A model generated the notes under the pieces. The model did not search any database and was not told where the DNA came from. It worked only from the letters and a program-made list of their open reading frames with translations. This document shows, one piece after another, positions 40,821 through 50,311 of a DNA stretch of 64,000 bases; positions within the stretch are counted from its first letter, which is position 1; each line of letters starts with the position of its first letter. A program made the translations under genes and the position numbers. Location: contig CAIUDH010000041.1 in the NCBI GenBank assembly GCA_903897855.1, positions 44,879 to 108,878 of the forward strand. Direction: 5' to 3'. This DNA is from an uncultured Bacteroidota bacterium (lineage in GTDB: Bacteria; Bacteroidota; Bacteroidia; UKL13-3).

Positions 40821-41936
40821 ATGTTAAGGCGGCTCATTCTTATTATCATCGTTCTAATTATTAAATCAGATATCGGCAGCGCACAAGGATGCTGCTCCGG
40901 TGGAAGTGGCAGCCCTATTGCAGGCGGTGCTTCTCCAGGAGTATTGGGTTATCAGCAGATGGAACTGGCGACTAATTTCCAGTACATCAACAGCGATAAG
41001 TTTAAGGCAGGAAAAAAAGATACTGTTTCACTGTTCGACAATTACAATAGTAAATACCTCTACTCCAAAGTGGCTTACGGCCTCACCAAAGAATTAACCT
41101 TCTCGGTGGAGATGGGATACTTTTTTAATAAAACTCAAATAGGATTAGATAAAAGTGAAACCATTAATACCTCTGGCGCTGGCGACCTCATCCTATTCCC
41201 TCGATACAACTTATATACTAAAGTAGATTCGACGAAACGATGGGATATAACCATTGGAATGGGTTATAAAATCCCTCTTGGGAAACATGATGCTACCACC
41301 TTGGCCTCAACCAATTTTCTGACCGGTGAAAAACTCTACAAAATTGCACCACCGTTGGTTCAGGCGACCACCGGTTCGCACGATTTTATTTTTTATGGCT
41401 TCGTACTTAGAGGATTTCCGAAACAAAATTTGAAGTTGTTTGCCAACGTCACCTATATTGCAAAAGGATGGAATTCATTGGGAGAGAAGTTTGGCAACTA
41501 CTCCAATCTGGGCCTATTTGTAAGTAAAACCTTGAACAAAAAAATTGGACTAACCCTTCAAGTTAAAGGCGAACAGATCGCAAAAATGAGGCAAGCAAAT
41601 ACCGTGGATCTTCTGGCCTTATATAATGTTGATAACGCTTCCACCGGAAATAAGAGAGTGATGGTTGTACCACAAATTTCTTATAGCTTAAAAAATATCA
41701 CCTTCTATGGCCTCTATGAAATACCTATCTATGAATATGTGTATGGAAGCCAGGTAGTGACTCAAACTCAATTGACGGTGGGATTATCGTACCGTTTTTT
41801 TACCACAAAAAATCCCGTTTGTCCACCTAACTCGAATATAACCTATTATGAATGTCCGATGAAATGTGAGGGGAGCAAGAGTACCCTGCCAGGAAAATGC
41901 AGGGAATGCGGCATGGACTTGCAAAAGGTTAATTAA
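40821..41936 (+). CDS. Predicted outer-membrane beta-barrel protein with a C-terminal heavy-metal-binding domain (CPM...GKC..CGMDL)
   Basis: Signal peptide. Alternating amphipathic beta-strand pattern ending in aromatic residues (SYRFF). C-terminal YYECPMKCEGSKSTLPGKCRECGMDLQKV resembles the HMBD found on Cu-ATPases and CusB-like proteins. 10 nt after the upstream gene. Confidence 0.55.
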   Translation: MLRRLILIIIVLIIKSDIGSAQGCCSGGSGSPIAGGASPGVLGYQQMELATNFQYINSDKFKAGKKDTVSLFDNYNSKYLYSKVAYGLTKELTFSVEMGYFFNKTQIGLDKSETINTSGAGDLILFPRYNLYTKVDSTKRWDITIGMGYKIPLGKHDATTLASTNFLTGEKLYKIAPPLVQATTGSHDFIFYGFVLRGFPKQNLKLFANVTYIAKGWNSLGEKFGNYSNLGLFVSKTLNKKIGLTLQVKGEQIAKMRQANTVDLLALYNVDNASTGNKRVMVVPQISYSLKNITFYGLYEIPIYEYVYGSQVVTQTQLTVGLSYRFFTTKNPVCPPNSNITYYECPMKCEGSKSTLPGKCRECGMDLQKVN

Positions 41937-42169
41937 AGGCAACGGTTCATCTTCATCGCTAAAACTCAGGCTGGTTATCATCAATTTCACGACACACCAC
42001 CCGATTCTAAATTTCCTGCTCTTGGTACTTCATTTTTGAATAACTTTGAAACATTCAAAAGTGGAATTTATAGCCCACTTTTTTATAAAGGCCTGTCCGG
42101 CATAGGCTACAATTACCGGGGCGATACCGAAAAGCCAAACGAGTAGGGAATTAATTAATTATCCGAAGT

Positions 42170-43489
42170 ATGAAAAAGTTATTCCTTTTACTATGCTTAT
42201 GCTTGGCCTCTCCCCTGCTCACCCAAGCACAAAGGCCAATTTTTACCAAACCCTTAGTAGGCACTGCTGCTCGATTCGAGGCCAAATTTAGTTCAGTTGA
42301 AACAACGCCTGAACAAACAGAGAGTTTACTTCAAATATACGACAGCGTGTTTAGTTGGCCTTGGGACAAGAACACCAGTCAGTGGAAAGTGAGCCCTGCA
42401 CAAAAATTTATTAATATTGTTTATAACGCGAACAAGAAAATGGTGAGCTATTTAGGTATCATTGGGGATGGCACGACCTATGTGAACGATGCAAAAACGA
42501 CCAATACCTATGACGCGAATAATAATCAGACCACTTCCATAGAGGAGTCCTGGATTGCAGGTGCTTGGACGAATTTGAATAAACTTATTTATACCTACGA
42601 TGCCAATAAAAATATGCTTACCTTCATCTCACAAAACTGGGTAAGTGCTGCTTGGGTTAATCTAGATAAAACAAGTTACACCTATGATGCCAATAATAAC
42701 CTGCTTATTGAATTATATCAAAGCTGGAATGGCACCTCTTGGGATAATCAGTTTAGAAGAAATTATCTCTATAATGCCAGTAATAAACGCATTCTGGAAA
42801 TTGCACAGCTTGGGGCAACCACCTGGGCAGATTACAGTAAAGACACTTTTATTTACGATAATAAAAATAATTTAATAACCGACCTCAATTTTTTCTGGGA
42901 TGGAACGGATTGGCTAGCTCAAGACAGATACTTGTTTACCTATGATGCCAACAATAATAAGATTACTGAATTAACTCAGAACTGGAATGGCACGGTATGG
43001 AGCGACATGTCGAAATATACGAGCACCTACGACGCCAATAAAAATTTACTGAGCGTGTTACAGCAAAGTTGGAACGGCACTCTTTGGCAAAATTACAACC
43101 TAAACAAGTCGACCTATGATGCCAATAACTTTATGAAAAGCACGTGTTATAAATACTATGATAATGCAGGCATCTCCATCCTATCGGGCGACAGCTTTTA
43201 CTACTACTTTCATACCGCAGTGAATGGAATAAACACCCCAACAAATGCATCTACGAGGTTCCATATTTACCCTAACCCAATGCTAACGATGTCGACCATT
43301 TATCTCGACAAGTCGATTAAAAATGGTCTTCTCACCGTGGTTGATATTGCAGGAAAGGAAATGCAATCCATCCGTTTTAGTGGCCAACGCGTAGACATCA
43401 AAAAGGAAGCAATGCCAGAAGGAATTTATTTTGTACGAATTCTTGATGAAAACAGCCAAATTGTAACAAGTAAAATGATCGTCAGATAA
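42170..43489 (+). CDS. T9SS-sorted secreted repeat protein (about 8 TYDANNN-type repeats of roughly 28 aa)
   Basis: Signal peptide. Repeated xYTYDAN(N/K)NxxxxxxQxWNGxxWxN units. C-terminal IYPNPM...GIYFVRILDENSQIVTSKMIVR Por CTD. Confidence 0.6.
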   Translation: MKKLFLLLCLCLASPLLTQAQRPIFTKPLVGTAARFEAKFSSVETTPEQTESLLQIYDSVFSWPWDKNTSQWKVSPAQKFINIVYNANKKMVSYLGIIGDGTTYVNDAKTTNTYDANNNQTTSIEESWIAGAWTNLNKLIYTYDANKNMLTFISQNWVSAAWVNLDKTSYTYDANNNLLIELYQSWNGTSWDNQFRRNYLYNASNKRILEIAQLGATTWADYSKDTFIYDNKNNLITDLNFFWDGTDWLAQDRYLFTYDANNNKITELTQNWNGTVWSDMSKYTSTYDANKNLLSVLQQSWNGTLWQNYNLNKSTYDANNFMKSTCYKYYDNAGISILSGDSFYYYFHTAVNGINTPTNASTRFHIYPNPMLTMSTIYLDKSIKNGLLTVVDIAGKEMQSIRFSGQRVDIKKEAMPEGIYFVRILDENSQIVTSKMIVR

Positions 43490-43565
43490 AATAACATTTA
43501 AGACCGATAGCCTACCAGGATTAGGGTTGTACCTAATTGTTCGCCAATTTATAATATTTAAGAAA

Positions 43566-45557
43566 ATGAGCCAGCCCTTCGACCCGGAGTTGAATTACGA
43601 GTTAAGTAAAAAAGCCATTGGATATGTAACTAGAAAAGAGGCCACCCAAGCCGATTATGACCGAATCGGTTTTATGTCGGGTTTGGAAGTACACCAGCAG
43701 TTACTCACGATACGCAAACTTTTCTGTCGCTGTCCTGCCGGTAAATTCAATTCTCACGACGATTACGATGCTGAGATAGTTCGACATATGCGTCCTACCC
43801 TGAGTGAGCTGGGAGAGTATGATGGTACCGCCTTGATGGAGTTTAAAACGCGAAAGAACATCGTTTATCGTATCAAAAACGAAACTGCATGCACCTATGA
43901 AATCGACGATACCCCGCCCTTTCCTATCGACCCTGTAGCACTTCAGATTGCATTAGAAGTTTCTATTTTAAACAAGATGAATATTGTAGGTGAAGTGCAT
44001 ATCACCCGCAAACAATATCTCGATGGTAGTATTCCTGGAGGCTTTCAACGTACTGCCATCATTGGTGTAGGAGGCAAGATTCAATTACATCACAAAATCA
44101 TCAATCTCATCCAATTAAGTATTGAAGAAGATTCGAGTCGGGAAATTTCTGATGTGGGGCATCTCCGCGTTTATAAAACCGATCGACTTGGCATGCCGCT
44201 AATTGAAACGGTTACACAGCCTGAGTTTTTAAACCCTGATGAAGTAAAGGAAGGGGCCGATTATATTCGTTTCCTGAATCGAAGCACCGGAAAGGTAAGA
44301 ACCGGAATTGGTTCTACCCGAGCCGACGTGAATGTAAGTTGCCGTGGAGGCACACGGGTCGAAATTAAAGGGGTTGCTCATACCCGATGGATGCCCGATC
44401 TTACCCATAACGAATGCTTTCGTCAATGGGCCTTGGTGCATATCATTAAACTCTTGAATGAGAAAATAGGTGATGTTGCACAATGGGCCTTACGCACCGT
44501 AAAAATAAATCCTGAAGAGCACGATTTTAGCTACGAACCGCTACAAAAAGCGTGTGAAGAAAAACAGCCCATCATCGCCCTCTGCCTGCCCGGCTTCCAG
44601 GGAATCCTCTCCCATTTTACCCAACCGAAACAAACATTTGCCGATGAAATATCGACGCGACTGAAAGTGATTGCCTGTCTCGAAAAACCCAATATGATCC
44701 ATTCGGAAAATCTTCAACAGCTCCTCTCCGAATCAGAAATAAATAAGTTGAGTAAACTGCTCTCGTGCAAAACAGAGGATGCCTGGATACTTCTTTGGGG
44801 ACCCCAAGAAGATATGGCTACAGCGATAGAAACTGTTGAGGAGAGATGCAAGATGGCATTTCATTGCATTCCCAATGAGACCCGTAAATCGCTTCAGGAT
44901 GGTTGTACCACCATCTTCGAACGAGTGCTCCCTGGCGCCGATCGAATGTACCCGGATACGGACTCTGCCCCGATCCCATTCAAAAATGAGACGATCGAAG
45001 AAGTGAGAAAACAAATACCCATGGATGTATTCGATCGTATTCAGCAGCTGAAAGCCTGGGGCGTGCCCACGGATACCTTCACTTATATACTCAAAAAAAA
45101 TCTGGTGCCCCTCATCGAAAAAATGCATGATGAATTAAAAATTCATCCTCGTTTTTCAGGAACTTTTATGGGACATACCATCAAGTTTATCGAAAATAAT
45201 TATTCCCGATCCCCGGAATTTGAATACTCGAAAGTGTTCGAACTGTTTCAATTTCTTATTGACAAGCAACTGAATCTGAACCTCGCTGAAAAGATGTTCT
45301 TAGAATATTATCGGGCACCAAAACTAGATTTCAATGCCATCCTCCTCAACATTAATTTCAAAATCGTTTCCAAAAAAGAGATCGATAGCAAGATACCCTT
45401 GATGAAAGAAACATTTGACAGAATTCGAATTTCCAAAGCCATAAACTCAACTAGTCAATGGATTATGGGACAAGTAAAAGAAATGGCTTTAGGCAATATG
45501 AACCTGTCCGAACTAAAAGCTCAGATTGATGGGGAGGGTAATTCAAATCATAACTAA
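43566..45557 (+). CDS. gatE: GatE-like protein (archaeal-type Glu-tRNA(Gln) amidotransferase subunit E homolog)
   Basis: N-terminal GLEVHQQL...KLFCRCP matches the GatE signature (GatB has HVQL/HVEL and lacks the RCP context). A length of about 660 aa is consistent with the GatE insertion domain. It is followed 8 nt later by a GatD-like gene. The supplied ORF starts at 43527. Confidence 0.7.
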   Translation: MSQPFDPELNYELSKKAIGYVTRKEATQADYDRIGFMSGLEVHQQLLTIRKLFCRCPAGKFNSHDDYDAEIVRHMRPTLSELGEYDGTALMEFKTRKNIVYRIKNETACTYEIDDTPPFPIDPVALQIALEVSILNKMNIVGEVHITRKQYLDGSIPGGFQRTAIIGVGGKIQLHHKIINLIQLSIEEDSSREISDVGHLRVYKTDRLGMPLIETVTQPEFLNPDEVKEGADYIRFLNRSTGKVRTGIGSTRADVNVSCRGGTRVEIKGVAHTRWMPDLTHNECFRQWALVHIIKLLNEKIGDVAQWALRTVKINPEEHDFSYEPLQKACEEKQPIIALCLPGFQGILSHFTQPKQTFADEISTRLKVIACLEKPNMIHSENLQQLLSESEINKLSKLLSCKTEDAWILLWGPQEDMATAIETVEERCKMAFHCIPNETRKSLQDGCTTIFERVLPGADRMYPDTDSAPIPFKNETIEEVRKQIPMDVFDRIQQLKAWGVPTDTFTYILKKNLVPLIEKMHDELKIHPRFSGTFMGHTIKFIENNYSRSPEFEYSKVFELFQFLIDKQLNLNLAEKMFLEYYRAPKLDFNAILLNINFKIVSKKEIDSKIPLMKETFDRIRISKAINSTSQWIMGQVKEMALGNMNLSELKAQIDGEGNSNHN

Positions 45558-45565
45558 GACAACCT

Positions 45566-46951
45566 ATGAACGACAATATTTTTCAAGGATATAAAGGAAA
45601 TGCACTCGCTATATTGCAAAAATATACTGCCCGTGTATGGGCGGCCGTCGATATCGACACTTCCAGAGGCTTATTTCAAGGCACTATTTTGCCTCGAGCC
45701 GAGAACACCGATGAAGAGCATATCGTACTGAAAATTATTACCGGATATAATATTGGTGTAGAGGTAAATACCATCACCGAAATTCGTGAAACGGGATATA
45801 AAAAGGCAAACTATCAAATACCTGAAAAAAAATTCCCAGTCACGGCCGGATTGCCTAATGTAAAACTTTTCGGAACTGGTGGCACTATTGCCTCACGCCT
45901 CGACTATCGCACTGGCGCTGTGATCCCAGCCTTTTCTCCGGGCGAACTCTATGGTGCTGTGCCCGAATTAGCTGATATCTGCAATTTAGATACGGAGAAA
46001 ATATTTGCCGTGTTCAGTGAAAATATGGGGCCCAAACAATATCTTGAGCTTGCCCATGCCATTGTAAAAGAAATACGTAATGGCATCGATGGTATCGTTA
46101 TTGGCCATGGCACTGATACTTTGCAGCATACCGCTGCGGTGCTTACCTATATGGTTCGTAACTCACCGGTGCCCATCATTTTGGTAGGCTCTCAACGCTC
46201 CTCCGACCGACCCAGCTCCGATGCTGCCTTAAATCTTATGCACGCTATGTTTACGGCAGGCACCTCCGATATTGCAGAGGTGATGGTATGTATGTTCGGC
46301 CCCACCTCCGATGAATATGGGCTATTGCATCGCGGAACTCGTGTACGAAAAATGCATTCTTCCTATCGTTCTACCTTTCGCACTATAGGCGATACGCCAG
46401 TGGCGATGGTAACGCGTAAAAGTATTACTCCAATAAAAAAAGAATATAACCACCGCAGAAAAGATACAGAGGTAGAACTCTATCCTTTTTTTAGCGAGAA
46501 AGCCACCATGCTCTATTATTATCCTGGTATGAAACCGGATGTGATGTTTGCGATGATTGATGCGGGTTATAAAGGAATAATTATTGTTGGCACCGGCCTT
46601 GGACACGTGAATAAAGAGCTTTACCCCGCTCTCGTAAGAGCGAAAGAAGAAGGCGTGTGTGTGTTTATGGTGGTGCAAACCATCTGGGGTTTTGTACATA
46701 TGTTTGTGTATGACACCGGTCGCGATATGATGGCCAAAGGCGTCGTACCTTTAGGAAATATGCTTCCTGAAACCGCTTATATAAAATTAGGATGGGTGCT
46801 GGGACAAACGGAGGACCCTGCCGAAATAAAGAAGATGATGCTCACGCCCATTTGCTCCGACATTACCGAAAGAGAGCCTTATAATGGCTATTTAGTACTC
46901 CAAGGGGGCGTGCCTGAAGTGGATGAATTTATCAGGAAAGTACATAAATAA
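45566..46951 (+). CDS. gatD: GatD-like protein (asparaginase-fold subunit D of the archaeal-type amidotransferase)
   Basis: A non-asparaginase N-terminal domain of about 100 aa precedes LFGTGGTIASRLDYRTGAVIPAF and GIVIGHGTDTL. Length and motif placement fit GatD rather than 330-aa type I asparaginase. Confidence 0.7.
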   Translation: MNDNIFQGYKGNALAILQKYTARVWAAVDIDTSRGLFQGTILPRAENTDEEHIVLKIITGYNIGVEVNTITEIRETGYKKANYQIPEKKFPVTAGLPNVKLFGTGGTIASRLDYRTGAVIPAFSPGELYGAVPELADICNLDTEKIFAVFSENMGPKQYLELAHAIVKEIRNGIDGIVIGHGTDTLQHTAAVLTYMVRNSPVPIILVGSQRSSDRPSSDAALNLMHAMFTAGTSDIAEVMVCMFGPTSDEYGLLHRGTRVRKMHSSYRSTFRTIGDTPVAMVTRKSITPIKKEYNHRRKDTEVELYPFFSEKATMLYYYPGMKPDVMFAMIDAGYKGIIIVGTGLGHVNKELYPALVRAKEEGVCVFMVVQTIWGFVHMFVYDTGRDMMAKGVVPLGNMLPETAYIKLGWVLGQTEDPAEIKKMMLTPICSDITEREPYNGYLVLQGGVPEVDEFIRKVHK

Positions 46952-47188
46952 AGAGTCGCTCTCAGGATGCTTATTTACACCCTATAATCGCATTAAAAAA
47001 AACAAATTCAGGAACACATTTAACGATTTATACTTTTTTGTGTCGTATTAAAAACCTACCTTCGTTTTGATTTTTTGTCAATGACAAGAATCAAATGGAT
47101 TTACCGCATCCTAATTATTTAATATCCTGCCTAGAAAAAAATGGCAAATACCGTCAGAGGAAGAGAGAGATTTTGATATATTTTTTAT

Positions 47189-50100
47189 ATGAGCAATGCA
47201 ATAAAAAAAAATAAAAAAAGTCGTGAGGAAAAAATATTCACGAGAGTTACTAAAACGAGAGATTTTCCTATTGTGGGTATCGGTGCTTCTGCGGGAGGTT
47301 TGGAGGCATTAGAAAGTTTTTTTGGCGCCATGCCTAATGACCCTGGAATGGCTTTCGTAGTGATTCAGCATCTCGACCCCAATTATGTAGGGATGATGCC
47401 TGAGATTTTACAAAGAAGGACTAAAATGAAAGTTTTAGAGGCCACCGATGGCTTAGCCATAGAAACGAATCATGTGTATGTTATTCCTCCTAAGAAGACG
47501 ATGTCGATTCTGAATGCGGTTCTTTTTTTGTTTGAGCCCATCGAATCGCACGGCCTTCGTTTACCGATTGATTATTTTTTCAATTCATTGGCCAACGATA
47601 GGCTCGAAAATAGCATTGGCATTATTCTATCGGGCATGGGTAGCGATGGCTCTTTAGGCTCAAAAGCCATCAAAGCAAAAAACGGCATTCTCCTGGTGCA
47701 AGAGCCTGCTGATGCGAAATATGATAGCATGCCCCAAAGCGTGTTGAATCAATGTGTGGCCGACATTATAGCTCCAGCCATCGAATTGCCTGCAAAACTA
47801 ATTGCCTTTCTAAATCCGAGTGCCCTGGCCCCAGTACTCTCGACACAGAATATTGATAATTTAAGTTCCATCGACAAAATTATTATTTTGCTTCGTACCC
47901 ATAACAAGCACGATTTTTCAATGTATAAAAAGAACACCTTGTTCAGACGTATTGAAAGACGGATGAGTGTTCACCTGATTGAAGGAATAGATAATTATGT
48001 TCGATTTTTAACAGAGAATCCAACAGAGCTGGATATTCTTTTCAAAGAATTATTAATTGGAGTGACTAGTTTTTTTAGAGATCCCTTAGTTTGGGAAATG
48101 TTCATAAACACCATTCTCCCTGATTTATTTAAAATCCGCCCCAACGGACATGTTTTTCGAGCATGGATTCCAGCTTGTTCTACAGGTGAGGAAGCCTATT
48201 CATTGGCAATTGCTTTTAAAGAAGCATTAGAGAAAGAAAAAGACAGAAAGAATTTTAGCTTGCAGGTGTTTGGGACTGATATTGATAATGATGCCATTGC
48301 CAATGCCCGTAAAGCGGTTTTTAATTCCAATATTGCTTCGGATATTTCTCCAGAGCGTTTAAGCAATTTTTTCACCAAAACGTCAGGAGGTTTTCAAGTG
48401 AAGAGCAATATTCGGGAAATGGTGGTGTTTGCCCCTCAAAATGTTATACGCGACCCCCCATTCACCAGACTTGATATTGTCGCCTGCCGAAATATGCTTA
48501 TATATATGGAGCCGGTACTGCAGAAAAAAATCATGGCTTTGTTTCATTATAGTTTAAATGTTGATGGTATAATGCTATTAGGCAGTGCCGAGAGCAATAA
48601 CACCAATGATTTATATTTTAGTGTCATCGACTCAAAATTAAAATTCTACAAACGCTCCGAAACTTCTGCAATCGCTGAATTGGTTGATTTTCCCAGTGCT
48701 TACACCTATAAAAAAGCAGAATTGGTAGCAGAACTTAAAACTGAAAACAGTACTCCGAATATTCAATTGCTGGCTAATGAGTATATACAGCAAAACTATT
48801 CTCCTGCCAGTTTACTAATTAATGCCGATGGCGACATCCTCTTTATTTCTGGAAAAACAGGCAAATATTTAGAGCCGGCTGCAGGCAAAGCAAACTTGAA
48901 CATTTTTGCGATGGCTCGTGAGGGTTTAGGAACACCCCTTATAGGTGCCATCCGAAGAGCAAAGCAAAATTATGAACCGCAAATTTTGCATGGTGTGAAA
49001 GTGGGCCCACCAGACACTTCGAAATACGTTGATATCACTGTTCAACATATCGAAAAACCAGAAGCGATGAGAGGAAAACTCATGGTCGTTTTTAGCGAAT
49101 CTCATTTCTCGGTTAAATCGGAACGAAAACCAATAACCTCAAAAAACGCAACAGCTAATTTACGTGAGGAAGAATTAGAACACGAACTCTTGATGGCCAA
49201 TGAAGATCTTCAATGCGCGCGGGAAGAAATGCAGGCTACACAAGAAGAGTTAAAATCGACCAACGAGGAGTTGCAATCATCGAATGAGGAGATGCAGTCG
49301 ACCAACGAGGAACTAACGACCAGCAAAGAAGAAATGCAGAGTCTGAACGAAGAACTACAGACTATGAATACGGAGATGCAAAACAAATTAACCGAGTTCG
49401 TGCAGGCAAACAACGATATGAAAAACCTGCTGAACAGTACTGATATTGCCACTTTGTTTTTAGACAGAGACCTAAATATTCGACGCTATACTGATCAGAT
49501 AACGAAAATCATTAGACTTCGCCCTACCGATATAGGCAGGCCCTTTACCGACTTAATTTCAACACTGAGGTATCCGGAAATAGAAAAAGATGCAAGAAAG
49601 GTGTTACAAACGCTCATTTTTATAGAAACCTATATTGCCACCATTGACGAACGCTGGTTTGCCGTAAAAATCATGCCCTATCGTACCGTTGAAGACCGTA
49701 TTGATGGACTCGTTCTCACTTTTATTGACATTTCCAGTTCGAAAAAGATGGAAGGGAAATTATTGATTGCCAACAATGAACTATTGTTGCAGAATAAAGC
49801 AAAACTACAACGGGCCAATGAATTGGCAATTGCCAATAAAGAGCTTGCCTTTCAAAATAAGGAAAAACAAAAACGGGCCAATGAATTAATCATTGCCAAT
49901 AAAGAGCTTGCCTTTCAAAATAAGGAAAAACAAAAACGGGCCAACGAATTGGCAATGGCCAATAAAGAGCTTGCGGTACAAAACAAAGAAAAACAAAAAC
50001 GAGCCCTCGAATTGTCTGTTGCGTATAAAAAGCTTACGGTGCAAAACAATGAAAAGGCAGCACGTGAAAGCGCCTTGGTGATTGCTAATAAAGAACTTGC

Positions 50101-50305
50101 GTTACAAAACAAAGATAAACAAAAACGGGCCGACGAATTAATTATCGCCTATAAAGAACTTGCTTTACAGTATAAAGAAAAACAAAAACGAGCAGATGAA
50201 TTAATCATCGCCAACAAAAAGCTTTTAATTGATCAAAAAGCAAAGAAAAAAATCGAAGCCGAATTAGAAAAAACAAAAAATGCACTAAAGAAATTTAAAG
50301 TATAA
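47189..50305 (+). CDS. CheB methylesterase / CheR methyltransferase fusion protein with a PAS region and a C-terminal repetitive coiled coil
   Basis: N-terminal CheB-like VGIGASAGGLEALESFF...VIQHL. Central CheR-like FFRDPLVWEMF...RAWIPACSTGEEAYSLAIA. C-terminal 21-aa repeats ANKELAFQNKEKQKRANEL. Confidence 0.8.
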   Translation: MSNAIKKNKKSREEKIFTRVTKTRDFPIVGIGASAGGLEALESFFGAMPNDPGMAFVVIQHLDPNYVGMMPEILQRRTKMKVLEATDGLAIETNHVYVIPPKKTMSILNAVLFLFEPIESHGLRLPIDYFFNSLANDRLENSIGIILSGMGSDGSLGSKAIKAKNGILLVQEPADAKYDSMPQSVLNQCVADIIAPAIELPAKLIAFLNPSALAPVLSTQNIDNLSSIDKIIILLRTHNKHDFSMYKKNTLFRRIERRMSVHLIEGIDNYVRFLTENPTELDILFKELLIGVTSFFRDPLVWEMFINTILPDLFKIRPNGHVFRAWIPACSTGEEAYSLAIAFKEALEKEKDRKNFSLQVFGTDIDNDAIANARKAVFNSNIASDISPERLSNFFTKTSGGFQVKSNIREMVVFAPQNVIRDPPFTRLDIVACRNMLIYMEPVLQKKIMALFHYSLNVDGIMLLGSAESNNTNDLYFSVIDSKLKFYKRSETSAIAELVDFPSAYTYKKAELVAELKTENSTPNIQLLANEYIQQNYSPASLLINADGDILFISGKTGKYLEPAAGKANLNIFAMAREGLGTPLIGAIRRAKQNYEPQILHGVKVGPPDTSKYVDITVQHIEKPEAMRGKLMVVFSESHFSVKSERKPITSKNATANLREEELEHELLMANEDLQCAREEMQATQEELKSTNEELQSSNEEMQSTNEELTTSKEEMQSLNEELQTMNTEMQNKLTEFVQANNDMKNLLNSTDIATLFLDRDLNIRRYTDQITKIIRLRPTDIGRPFTDLISTLRYPEIEKDARKVLQTLIFIETYIATIDERWFAVKIMPYRTVEDRIDGLVLTFIDISSSKKMEGKLLIANNELLLQNKAKLQRANELAIANKELAFQNKEKQKRANELIIANKELAFQNKEKQKRANELAMANKELAVQNKEKQKRALELSVAYKKLTVQNNEKAARESALVIANKELALQNKDKQKRADELIIAYKELALQYKEKQKRADELIIANKKLLIDQKAKKKIEAELEKTKNALKKFKV
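49813..50220 (+). repeat. About 6.5 tandem copies of a 63-bp coding repeat within the CheB/CheR fusion gene
   Basis: GCCAATGAATTGGCAATTGCCAATAAAGAGCTTGCCTTTCAAAATAAGGAAAAACAAAAACGG is repeated near-identically and degenerates toward the 3' end. Confidence 0.7.
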
Positions 50306-50311
50306 GTAATT

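Noticed and set aside
42057-42090. Hairpin (AGTGG/CCACT) plus T6 about 120 nt after the beta-barrel gene stop
   Set aside because: The stem is only 5 bp with a 10-nt loop. It is too weak to call as a terminator with confidence.
49813-50220. Regular tandem repeats that could be mistaken for a CRISPR array
   Set aside because: The repeats are contiguous 63-bp units with no unique spacers. They lie inside a long ORF and translate to a 21-aa coiled-coil repeat, so this is a coding minisatellite, not CRISPR.
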